In this document: in pieces, positions 26,221 to 34,812 of the stretch | How the letters are laid out: every line of letters begins with the position of its first letter | How positions within the stretch are numbered: the first letter of the stretch is position 1 | Source: Oscillospiraceae bacterium | Lineage (GTDB): Bacteria; Bacillota; Clostridia; Oscillospirales; CAG-272 | Reading direction: 5' to 3' | Assembly (NCBI GenBank): GCA_015064345.1 | Contig: SVSK01000002.1 | Span: 82 to 64,081, forward strand | Length of the DNA: 64,000 bases | Program-made: the position numbers and the translations under genes | The notes under the pieces: generated by a model | The model's database searches: none | Seen by the model: the letters and a program-made list of their open reading frames with translations, nothing else | What the model was told of the DNA's origin: nothing

Positions 26221-28488
26221 ATGAAGAAGATCATAGCACTTATCCTTGTGCTTTGCATGACACTTGGCATGATAGTTTCCGTATCTGCCGCAAGTCCTTT
26301 TGCGAAGCGACTTAATCTCGTGCGTCTTATTCGTACAATGTTCTCAACTGATAAAGAAGATTATGAGATCGGCGAGCTTGATGACGGAGTCCTCACAGTT
26401 TATGTTGATACAGACGGCAGTAAGGTCGCTGACGGAACTCAAAAGAGTCCTTTTCCAACAATAGAAGCAGCTCGCGATGCTGTTCGCGGACTTGACAAGT
26501 CAAAGCTTCATGGCATTGAAGTTATCATTGCCGGAGGTACTTACACTGTCGAGAACACTATTGTATTCAATGAAGAAGACAGCGGTTCCGAAAGCTGCCC
26601 CATTATCTACCAAGGTGAGGACGGCGCAATACTCAACGGCGGAATCTCCTTTGACCACACCGAGTTCGAAAAAGCAAGCGGAGATACCCTCATGCTCTTT
26701 CCCGAAGATGTGCGAGACAAGCTTTACATGTACGACATGAAAAAACTCGGTTATTCTGCAGATGACATTGCAAGAATGTTGTCGGTCGGCAAATATTATA
26801 ATGAGATCGGAATAATCTACGTAAACGGCAAACAGATGGATCTTGCTCGATATCCCAATGCTGACGAAGGTTGGATAGAGATCGAGGGCGGTCACTTCCT
26901 TGATGCTAACGGTAATGAGACACCTTACACCGATAACGATAATGTAGACAAGGAGCTACAAGCCCATCAGACAATAATCGAATACGGTGATGAACATATG
27001 GAAAGAGTTCTCTCATGGAAAAACCGTGAGGATCTCTTCGTATACGGACGCTACAGATTCATCTGGTGCCATGATGAAACAGAAGTCACCTCGCTGTATG
27101 AGGATAGAGATCAAATGCTCGTTCCATATGCAGGCGGTTACGCTCCCAGAGAGGGCGGTCTGTTCTACTTCTATAACATTCCCGAAGAGCTTGATGCTCC
27201 CGGGGAATACTATGTGGATGACAACGCCATACTTTACTACTATCCTACAGAAGAATTTGATACAGCAGAGTTCACCTGCCCCACTCTTGACGAAGATACA
27301 ATCAGTATAAGAAGTGCGAATTGGCTTACGTTTGACGGACTCACCATTGAATCCACCAAGCAAAGCGGCTTCGTTGCAAAAGCTGACCACCTGACACTCA
27401 AAAACTGCAGGATACTTAACAGTTACAAAAACGGCATCAAGTGCGAAGGCGACTATATTACCATTGAAGGATGCGAAATCGCATATATTGGCAACCACGC
27501 AGTACAAGTTGAAGGCGGAAGTGAAGTATCCCTCACTAAGTCAAATAATCTTATCTGCAACAACTATATTCACGACTGGTGCACACGCGGTCTCATGAAT
27601 TGGGGTATCGAGGTAAGCGGCTGCGGTGCCACCGTATGCCATAACGAGATATGTGATTCTATTGACCTTGGTCTTTGCGCAAGAGGTCCGATGAACACAG
27701 TTGAGTATAACTATATACACGACACCTGTCAGTTCTTCTGCGACGGCGGTACTCTCACCACTCACGGAAATGCATACGGCACGGTTGTTCGCTTCAATGT
27801 TGTAATGAATTGCGGATATGATACCCCTATTGACATTGTAGGTGTTCAGGGTATCACAAGTGACTTCGGAAGCGGAAATGAGTTCTACGGAAATATCATC
27901 TATAACACCACAGGCCACAGTACCTCTGTAGCCGACGGAAGAGACACATATATACACAACAATCTTTGCATCAAGCCCGGACGCACCGCCCACGAGGGTA
28001 TTTGTCGCCCAATTGCTGAGGACGTAAATGCAAACACCACCACCGAAAGAGAAGTTGACGCTCATCTTCTCAGCGACATTTGGCAAAGCACTTTCCCTGA
28101 GCTTAATGGTATTAACGGTACCTTTACGCCTGACGGTTACAAATTCAATCCCATGTATATCGGCGCTCCTGCCAACAACACCTATACAAACAACTATCTG
28201 TTTATGGACAGAGCCTTCAACACATGGAATGAAGAGGCAAAGCATCATCTCGGAAAAACCACAAAGGTTGAGGAGTATTTTTATCTCTTCTCAGAAATTG
28301 ATGAAATATCCGCGGCAAATAACAATCTCACCACATACAATTCCAAGAGAAACAATGATCCTATCACGATATCCGAGGCACTCGCAATTGCAAATGAAGC
28401 TGTGGGAACTGTTATGACAGAAGAACAGCTTAATGAAGTCGGACGTATCGGTGTTGACTACGGAATCGGCGCCATGCTCATCGAATAA
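26221..28488 (+). CDS. Secreted right-handed parallel beta-helix repeat protein (polysaccharide lyase/hydrolase-like)
   Basis: Signal peptide MKKIIALILVLCMTLGMIVSVSAAS. Repeated beta-helix-like turns (NCRILNSYKNGIKCEG, IEGCEIAYIGNHAVQVEGG, NNLICNNYIHD, GIEVSGCGATVCHNEI). Confidence 0.6.
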   Translation: MKKIIALILVLCMTLGMIVSVSAASPFAKRLNLVRLIRTMFSTDKEDYEIGELDDGVLTVYVDTDGSKVADGTQKSPFPTIEAARDAVRGLDKSKLHGIEVIIAGGTYTVENTIVFNEEDSGSESCPIIYQGEDGAILNGGISFDHTEFEKASGDTLMLFPEDVRDKLYMYDMKKLGYSADDIARMLSVGKYYNEIGIIYVNGKQMDLARYPNADEGWIEIEGGHFLDANGNETPYTDNDNVDKELQAHQTIIEYGDEHMERVLSWKNREDLFVYGRYRFIWCHDETEVTSLYEDRDQMLVPYAGGYAPREGGLFYFYNIPEELDAPGEYYVDDNAILYYYPTEEFDTAEFTCPTLDEDTISIRSANWLTFDGLTIESTKQSGFVAKADHLTLKNCRILNSYKNGIKCEGDYITIEGCEIAYIGNHAVQVEGGSEVSLTKSNNLICNNYIHDWCTRGLMNWGIEVSGCGATVCHNEICDSIDLGLCARGPMNTVEYNYIHDTCQFFCDGGTLTTHGNAYGTVVRFNVVMNCGYDTPIDIVGVQGITSDFGSGNEFYGNIIYNTTGHSTSVADGRDTYIHNNLCIKPGRTAHEGICRPIAEDVNANTTTEREVDAHLLSDIWQSTFPELNGINGTFTPDGYKFNPMYIGAPANNTYTNNYLFMDRAFNTWNEEAKHHLGKTTKVEEYFYLFSEIDEISAANNNLTTYNSKRNNDPITISEALAIANEAVGTVMTEEQLNEVGRIGVDYGIGAMLIE

Positions 28489-28506
28489 GCAAAATAACAC
28501 AAACAG

Positions 28507-28535
28507 AAAAGAGGCTCTTCTGAGTCTCTTTTTTA
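28507..28535 (+). terminator. Terminator after the beta-helix gene
   Basis: AAGAGGCTC (28509-28517) pairs with GAGTCTCTT (28522-28530), one G-U, followed by a T run. Confidence 0.65.
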
Positions 28536-28635
28536 TCGAATAGCGAAAAAATATTTATTTTGATGTTCCATTTTTCAGAAAGATATGCTATAATTTAGTT
28601 TAGCGACAATAATAACTTATTTTTTGGAGACAATC

Positions 28636-29979
28636 ATGAGAAAACTTATTACTCTGGCACTCCTGATATCATCGCTGCTCTGCCTTGCATTGTCTGTTGA
28701 GGCAACAGTCGGCACAGTCATCTACGGCTACAAAACTAATGAAAAGCCAAACATGGAAAAAATCGACGAATCCTGGGGTGAGCCTGTTATCTACGTTACA
28801 AAGGATACTCCCAATGCCGAGCTTCACAAATACTGGTCTGAAAAAATAGACACCTGCAATTTCTCTCAACCGGGAACTTCCAGACAGCTGATCGAACCCG
28901 AACCCAGTGATTTTTGGCTGTACGTAACCTATGACGAGAAGAATATCTACATAGGTCTCAAATCTCCCGACACCGAGATCAGCGGTAGCGAAGAAACTCA
29001 TCGCGGCGACGGTGCACGTGTGTGGCTACAGCCTCTCGTTACCATGAAAAATCCATATTCGGATTATGGCCTTCCCTCCCATCTCACCGAATACGATCAA
29101 GAGTATTTGGATATGGAATCCTATTACAACTTCTATTGGAATCTCAATATGTATGAAAACGGGGTTGACACACTCTTTGCCGCACACTATGTGTACAATG
29201 TGCAGATCAACTTCCACGACGGATATATGCACGCAACGATTGAGATCCCTAAAATAAACATGGGACTGCAGAAGAACGATGACCCACACGGACTGGAATT
29301 CGGAATATGCGTTATGCGTATCAGCTCACGCTCGGCAAGTGATGAAGGGTACGCGGGCTGGCTGACATGGGGCGCAACTCTCCGAGACTACACCCCTACC
29401 CCAACAAGTGTCAATACGCTGATCCTTCTTGACCCGGCACAGATAGTTCCCGAGACTGACGCTCCCGAGACTGACGCTCCCGAGACTGACGCTCCCGAGA
29501 CTGACACTCCTGAGACCGACGCTCCTGAAACCGATGCTCCCGAGACCGACGCTCCCGAGACTGATGCTCCCGAAACTGACGCTCCCGAGACCGACGCTCC
29601 CGAGACTGACGCTCCCGAGACCGACGCTCCCGAGACTGAAGCTCCTGAGACTGATGCTCCCGAGACTGGTGCTCCCGAGACCGATGCTCCCGAAACTGTT
29701 GCTCCCGAGACTGATGCTCCCGAAACTGTTGCTCCCGAGACTGACGCTCCCGAGACTGACGCTCCCGAGACCGATGCTCCCGAAACTGTTGCTCCCGAGA
29801 CTGACGCTCCCGAAACTGACGCTCCCGAAACTGACGCTCCCGAAACTGACGCTCCCGAAACTGACGCTCCTGCTGAACCTGCCAAGAAGAATAATACCGG
29901 TCTCATAATCGGAATAGTGGCAGCCGTCATAGCAGTTGGTGCAATTGCAGGTGTCGTTATAACAAAGAAAAAGAAATAA
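28636..29979 (+). CDS. Type-I membrane-anchored surface protein: signal peptide, ~250-aa CBM9/DOMON-like domain, (PETDA)28 stalk, C-terminal TM anchor
   Basis: MRKLITLALLISSLLCLALSVEA signal. 28 pentapeptide repeats. C-terminal GLIIGIVAAVIAVGAIAGVVITKKKK. ATG 28636 lies 6 nt after GGAG. Domain assignment is tentative. Confidence 0.6.
   Translation: MRKLITLALLISSLLCLALSVEATVGTVIYGYKTNEKPNMEKIDESWGEPVIYVTKDTPNAELHKYWSEKIDTCNFSQPGTSRQLIEPEPSDFWLYVTYDEKNIYIGLKSPDTEISGSEETHRGDGARVWLQPLVTMKNPYSDYGLPSHLTEYDQEYLDMESYYNFYWNLNMYENGVDTLFAAHYVYNVQINFHDGYMHATIEIPKINMGLQKNDDPHGLEFGICVMRISSRSASDEGYAGWLTWGATLRDYTPTPTSVNTLILLDPAQIVPETDAPETDAPETDAPETDTPETDAPETDAPETDAPETDAPETDAPETDAPETDAPETDAPETEAPETDAPETGAPETDAPETVAPETDAPETVAPETDAPETDAPETDAPETVAPETDAPETDAPETDAPETDAPETDAPAEPAKKNNTGLIIGIVAAVIAVGAIAGVVITKKKK
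29449..29868 (+). repeat. Intragenic tandem repeat, 28 units of 15 bp (consensus CCCGAGACTGACGCT = P-E-T-D-A)
   Basis: Units counted directly. Variants are mostly synonymous (GAG/GAA, ACT/ACC, GAC/GAT), with a few D>V/E/G/T substitutions. Confidence 0.95.
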
Positions 29980-29998
29980 AACTATAAGGAGATATATT

Positions 29999-30985
29999 AT
30001 GAAAAAGATTTTAGCTCTTTCCCTTCTCACTGTTCTCATTTTTGTCTTCGCAATCGCAGCCAACGCCGCTGTCGGAACTGTCGTATACGGTTACAAAACC
30101 AATGAGGTTCCAAATCTCGAGATTATTGATGAAACATGGGGCGAGCCATCAATCTATGTAGATAAGAACTCCCCCAATACCGAGCTCCACAAATACTGGA
30201 CAGAAGAGATCGACACAAGCTACTATGCTCATGGCGGCACAGGCCCCAACGGCAGACAGAACATCAATCCCGAGGAATCCGATTTTTGGATGTATATCCT
30301 GTATGACGACACAAACCTCTACGTTGCTGTAAAATCCCCTGACGTTCTCCCCTCCGGTTGTGATTCTCTTCACAGAGGCGACGGCGTTCATCTGTACATC
30401 CAGCCCCTGTCTGAGATGGCAAACCCTTACAATGACTACGGTATGGCAGACGGACTCACCGAATATGACGATGAATTCCAGGCACTTGAAGAATACTACC
30501 ATTTTTACTGGAATCTTAACAAAACCTGCGACGGTGTTGACAAAATCTATGCCGGTCTCCGCGCAGAAGTTGCAAATATCACCTTCGCTGACGGTTATAT
30601 GCATGCAATACTTTCCGTTCCACTTTCCAATTTCGGACTTGAAGAGGGCGAAGATCTCACAAACTTTGAATTCGGAACAAGCATGATGCGTTGCAGCTCT
30701 CTCAATCTTTATGACGAGGGTTATGCGGGATGGCTTTCATGGGGTGCAACTCTCAGCGAATACACAAAAACTCCCGAAAGCGTGAACACGATCATTCTTC
30801 TGGACGAAGAAAAGATTCCTGTAAAGACAGATGAAGCAGATCAGGAGCCTGAAAACGAGGTGAATAACGGCGATACACCCAAGGCAGAAAAGGACAACAC
30901 TGCTCTTGTAATCGCTATCGTTGCAATCGCTCTCGCAGTTATCGAAGCTGCAGTCATTGTTATCATTGTAAAGACAAAGAAATAA
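29999..30985 (+). CDS. Paralogous type-I membrane-anchored surface protein lacking the long repeat
   Basis: N-terminal domain collinear with the upstream gene (VGTV(I/V)YGYKTNE.PN.E.IDE(S/T)WGEP, LHKYW(S/T)E(K/E)ID, HRGDG, YYNFYWNLN/YYHFYWNLN, EGYAGWL(T/S)WGATL). C-terminal TM followed by KTKK. Confidence 0.6.
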   Translation: MKKILALSLLTVLIFVFAIAANAAVGTVVYGYKTNEVPNLEIIDETWGEPSIYVDKNSPNTELHKYWTEEIDTSYYAHGGTGPNGRQNINPEESDFWMYILYDDTNLYVAVKSPDVLPSGCDSLHRGDGVHLYIQPLSEMANPYNDYGMADGLTEYDDEFQALEEYYHFYWNLNKTCDGVDKIYAGLRAEVANITFADGYMHAILSVPLSNFGLEEGEDLTNFEFGTSMMRCSSLNLYDEGYAGWLSWGATLSEYTKTPESVNTIILLDEEKIPVKTDEADQEPENEVNNGDTPKAEKDNTALVIAIVAIALAVIEAAVIVIIVKTKK

Positions 30986-30991
30986 TAACTG

Positions 30992-31019
30992 AAAAAGGGG
31001 CTTTCGCAGCCTCTTTTTT
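30992..31019 (+). terminator. Terminator after the surface-protein pair
   Basis: AGGGGCT (30996-31002) pairs with AGCCTCT (31008-31014), followed by T6. Confidence 0.65.
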
Positions 31020-31100
31020 ACTTTGGATTTTGCTTTTTTGTTGAAATGTTCAACAATATGTGATAGAATAAGATCATCACAACAAACGGAGGAATTTTCC

Positions 31101-32300
31101 GTGCAATCATTAAGATATTTATACAGGATCGGACGCGGACCGTCATCCTCCCACACAATGGGACCCCTTGCTGCGGCAAAGAGATTTTTGTCCGAATCTC
31201 CTGCAGCAGAAAAATACACCGCCGTGCTCTACGGTTCACTTGCAAAAACCGGTCGTGGGCACATGACTGACCATATCCTGAAAGAAGCCTTTGACGGCAA
31301 GAATTTCAACATTGTCTTCGACTGTGATACCCCCACTGATTACCATCCCAACACCGTTGACTTTATCGCTGTAAGTGATGGGCAAGAAATATTCAGACGC
31401 AGATATTACAGCATCGGCGGAGGTGAGGTTGTTGCAGAGGGAGAGACGACTCAGGAGCACGAAAACGTGTACCCTCTCCGCTCCTTTACAGAGATCTCCG
31501 AATACTGCCGTGCGCGAGATATGCGTATTTGGCAGTACGTTGAAGAATGCGAAGGTCCCGAGATCTGGGATTATCTTTCCGAGGTTTGGAGCGTCATGCA
31601 GAACGCCATCAAGGAAGGGCTTGAAGCCGAGGGCATACTTCACGGTGGCATCGGAACTGTTCGTAAAGCAAGATATCTCTTCCGCCAGAAGCACATTGAC
31701 GAGAGTGCCGAGACGAAGATGAACCGACTCATCTGCGCATATGCTTACGCTGTCAGTGAGCAGAATGCGTCCGGCGGGCTGATCGTTACTGCACCTACCT
31801 GCGGGGCTTGCGGAGTTGTGCCTGCTGCTATGAAATTCCTTCAGCCCAAGCGTAACTTTACCGAAGAACAGATCATCCACGCCCTTGCAACAGGTGGTGT
31901 TATTGGCAATCTTATAAAGACCAATGCTTCCATCAGCGGTGCTGAATGCGGATGTCAGGCGGAGATCGGCACGGCATGTGCAATGGCTGCGGCTGCGGCT
32001 GCTGAACTTTACGAGCTTGACCTCGACCAGATCGAATGTGCGGCTGAAATGTCAATTGAGCATCACCTTGGGCTGACCTGCGACCCGATTCTCGGTCTTG
32101 TACAGATTCCCTGCATTGAGAGAAACGCCATTGCCGCAATGAGAGCGCTTAATGCAGTAAACCTCGCGGATTTTCTCGCAGACTCAAGAAAGATCACCTT
32201 TGATATGATAGTTGAGACCATGTATGAAACAGGTAAAGACCTAAAGGTCATCTACCGCGAAACGTCCGAGGGTGGACTCGCAAAGAAATACTCAAAATAA
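31101..32300 (+). CDS. sdaA: L-serine ammonia-lyase (iron-sulfur dependent, single chain)
   Basis: GRGPSSSHTMGP block. Cys-containing ..APTCGACGVVPAA.. and ..SGAECGCQAEIG... GTG 31101 lies 8 nt after GGAGG; track start 31023 has no RBS. Confidence 0.8.
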   Translation: MQSLRYLYRIGRGPSSSHTMGPLAAAKRFLSESPAAEKYTAVLYGSLAKTGRGHMTDHILKEAFDGKNFNIVFDCDTPTDYHPNTVDFIAVSDGQEIFRRRYYSIGGGEVVAEGETTQEHENVYPLRSFTEISEYCRARDMRIWQYVEECEGPEIWDYLSEVWSVMQNAIKEGLEAEGILHGGIGTVRKARYLFRQKHIDESAETKMNRLICAYAYAVSEQNASGGLIVTAPTCGACGVVPAAMKFLQPKRNFTEEQIIHALATGGVIGNLIKTNASISGAECGCQAEIGTACAMAAAAAAELYELDLDQIECAAEMSIEHHLGLTCDPILGLVQIPCIERNAIAAMRALNAVNLADFLADSRKITFDMIVETMYETGKDLKVIYRETSEGGLAKKYSK

Positions 32301-32386
32301 AAAAATAAAGTCGCGACAAACATCTTGAAACGGCAATGCGGCTGTGATATAATTGACAAAATACGTTATTTTGACGGAGGCAAATA

Positions 32387-34747
32387 ATGAGCAAGAAAAC
32401 CAAGGCTACATCCGGTGCGGATGAAAGAACCCCATCTCTTCCCCAATACTTTTCTTGGATCAACAGCACAAATGAAGGTTCCACAGAAGAACAGACAGTA
32501 ACTAACCTTGAGTATTTCAAGTGGCTCCATGACACACACGGCATGAAGCTCAAAATATATGCGTGGGACGCTGGTAACCTTGACGGTGCAGGCTACTACG
32601 ACAACCCCAATGAGTCCGAAAGACTTAAGAAGCAGTACCCGAACGGATACAAGCCCTGCGTTGACAAGGCTGCTGAATTCGGATGCCATCTCGGTGTATG
32701 GGGCGGTGCAGACGGCTATGGTGACACTCCCGAAGAGGAAGCAAAGCGCCATGAGCTTCTCGTATCTCTCTGCCGTGACCTCGGCTTTATGCAGTTCAAG
32801 TTTGACGCGGTATGCGGATGGCCCAGAGAAGAAAAGCACCTCATGTTCAAGAAGACCATGGATGAGTGCCGTCAGTACGTTCCCGACCTCATCGTTCTTA
32901 ACCACCGTCTCTGGCTTGGCGAAGGTGAAATCGCTGCGACAACTTATCTTGTAGAAGGTGTTGAGACATACATCGACGTTCACACATTCAATGAGATCTC
33001 CGGGCCTCACCACCGTATGGCACCTCTCACCCGCGCGCTTGTTCCCGGACTGAAGAGACTTGCTGAGGACCACGGTGTGTGCATCTCCTCCTGTATCGAC
33101 TATTTCGAGGACGATCTTATAATTCAGGCGTTCTCCCGCTGTCTCATTCTCGCGCCCGAGATCTACGGTAACCCCTGGCTTATGCGCGACGATGAGCAGG
33201 CAAGACTTGCAAAGATCTACAACATTCACGCAAAGTATGCTGATATTCTCGTGAACGGCATGCCCCTTTCCGAGGAGATATACGGTCGCAACGCTATCTC
33301 CCGCGGTGATGCTGATACACGTCTTATCACATTTGTAAACTCTTCTTGGGAAGCAAAGACTGTAAAGATCAATATTTCCGAAGATATTGCTCTCTCCGAC
33401 TGCGAGGGTAAGGAGTACGTTGTTAAGTATATTCATCCCTACGAAGAGCACATTGCTACCGTTAAGGCCGGAGAAGACGTAATGATCGAGATCGAGCCTG
33501 CACGCGCTGCGCTTATTCTCGTACAGGAAAAGAGCAGATTCGAGAAGGAAGATTTCGTCCTCACAGGATGTAAGTACGAAACCGTTTACGGTCCCGGTGC
33601 TGAAGCAGAAAAGGTTCGTATCTTCAAGGCAAACGGTGCAATCGGCTCCATCGGCAAGAGATCCGTTGACTATGCCGCAATCGTCGGCGACAACACAATC
33701 GCACGTCCTGTGGCACTCGGTACACTCAAAGCCGCTCCCGTTCCCGCAAATATCGAACAGCTTTACGAAGCGACCTGCTTTGCGGCTGACTGCGATTCTC
33801 TCGAATATCAGTCTCTCAAGCGTTCGGGCGAAACAAAGATTAGAGAGGTTAAGGCTGCCCGTGATGCATTCTTCGCACAGGAGTCCTACATTTTCCGCGG
33901 AACTGAATCAAGAGCAATGTTTGACGGCAATCCCGACACATTCTTTGACACCGACTCCAAGTACAGAAAGACAAGACTGGGCGGCGGCTGTCTCCGTGTG
34001 GATCTTGGCGATGCTTATGACATCAGCCGCGTTGAAATTGAAACTTTCGCTGTAAACGAAGCAGATCCTCAGCTTCAGGAGGCACATTTCGAGCCTATGG
34101 CACAGGTTTCTCTTGATCTTGCAGACTGGACTGATGCTCCTCTTCTCGGCGTAGCTGAAGCAGATGAGTTAAGCAAAATCCCCACAATTCTCGACTTCTG
34201 CCACCTGACAAATTATCGTGAAGGCAAGAGATGCGTTGCTACTTACACAGTAAACGCAAAGGCACGCTACTTCCGTCTGCCCGATCCCATGGACAGAATC
34301 TTCTCCTTCACCGCTTACGATAAGGACGGCAATAAAATCAATCTCACCGCGCCTCATGCAAACAACATGCTCGCGCCTTACGCAAAGACAGGATTCACCT
34401 CCGCTCGTTCTCTCAAGGTAACTCTTCCCGAAAGCTACTCCGATGGTGCGTACATCGCTGTCGGTACAGACGGTATCCACGGAGTTGAAGGTGTTTACTG
34501 TGCACTTGAGATCAACGGTGTGCCTGTTGGCGCATATGACCGTGCTTGCAGCTACCCCTTCAACAACTGGGAATATATTGCACCCAGTCCCGAGTCAGGT
34601 TTCACCTACTACTTCCGCCTCACTCCCGAAATGAAGGGCAAGGAGATCACTCTCCACGCATTCTACAAGGAAGACTGCCAGGTAGTTACAAAGGCGTGGG
34701 TATGTGACTCCAACTTCAAAAAACCCATTGCTGAGCTGAATATATAA
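32387..34747 (+). CDS. Hypothetical 786-aa cytoplasmic protein: N-terminal glycosidase-like region plus F5/8 type C (discoidin)-like domain
   Basis: No signal peptide. ..FDGNPDTFFDTDSKYRKTRLGGGCLRVDLGDAYDISRVEIE.. resembles a discoidin/CBM32 core. N-terminal ..LKIYAWDAG.. and ..MQFKFDAVCG.. are loosely reminiscent of TIM-barrel glycosidases. ATG lies 6 nt after GGAGG. Confidence 0.45.
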   Translation: MSKKTKATSGADERTPSLPQYFSWINSTNEGSTEEQTVTNLEYFKWLHDTHGMKLKIYAWDAGNLDGAGYYDNPNESERLKKQYPNGYKPCVDKAAEFGCHLGVWGGADGYGDTPEEEAKRHELLVSLCRDLGFMQFKFDAVCGWPREEKHLMFKKTMDECRQYVPDLIVLNHRLWLGEGEIAATTYLVEGVETYIDVHTFNEISGPHHRMAPLTRALVPGLKRLAEDHGVCISSCIDYFEDDLIIQAFSRCLILAPEIYGNPWLMRDDEQARLAKIYNIHAKYADILVNGMPLSEEIYGRNAISRGDADTRLITFVNSSWEAKTVKINISEDIALSDCEGKEYVVKYIHPYEEHIATVKAGEDVMIEIEPARAALILVQEKSRFEKEDFVLTGCKYETVYGPGAEAEKVRIFKANGAIGSIGKRSVDYAAIVGDNTIARPVALGTLKAAPVPANIEQLYEATCFAADCDSLEYQSLKRSGETKIREVKAARDAFFAQESYIFRGTESRAMFDGNPDTFFDTDSKYRKTRLGGGCLRVDLGDAYDISRVEIETFAVNEADPQLQEAHFEPMAQVSLDLADWTDAPLLGVAEADELSKIPTILDFCHLTNYREGKRCVATYTVNAKARYFRLPDPMDRIFSFTAYDKDGNKINLTAPHANNMLAPYAKTGFTSARSLKVTLPESYSDGAYIAVGTDGIHGVEGVYCALEINGVPVGAYDRACSYPFNNWEYIAPSPESGFTYYFRLTPEMKGKEITLHAFYKEDCQVVTKAWVCDSNFKKPIAELNI

Positions 34748-34812
34748 ATCATTTCAAAAATATACGGGTTAGCTTTTGCTGCCCGTATAGCTTTATACAA
34801 CCGGAGGACCCT

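Noticed and set aside
29326-30063. Long ORFs on both strands across the PETDA repeat (29326-30063 minus, 29388-29930 minus, 29534-29908 plus)
   Set aside because: They are open only because a stop-free 15-bp unit is repeated 28 times. They encode monotonous GSVS/LPRL-type strings and have no RBS or flanking coding context.
32366-33451. 361-aa antisense ORF opposite the 786-aa gene. Similar long antisense ORFs occur at 7121-7864, 27541-28248, 31236-31880, 55629-56360, 20169-20765 and 22328-22948.
   Set aside because: Each lies fully inside a sense gene that has recognisable motifs, an RBS and promoter/terminator context. The antisense translations are low-complexity or motif-free and lack an RBS.
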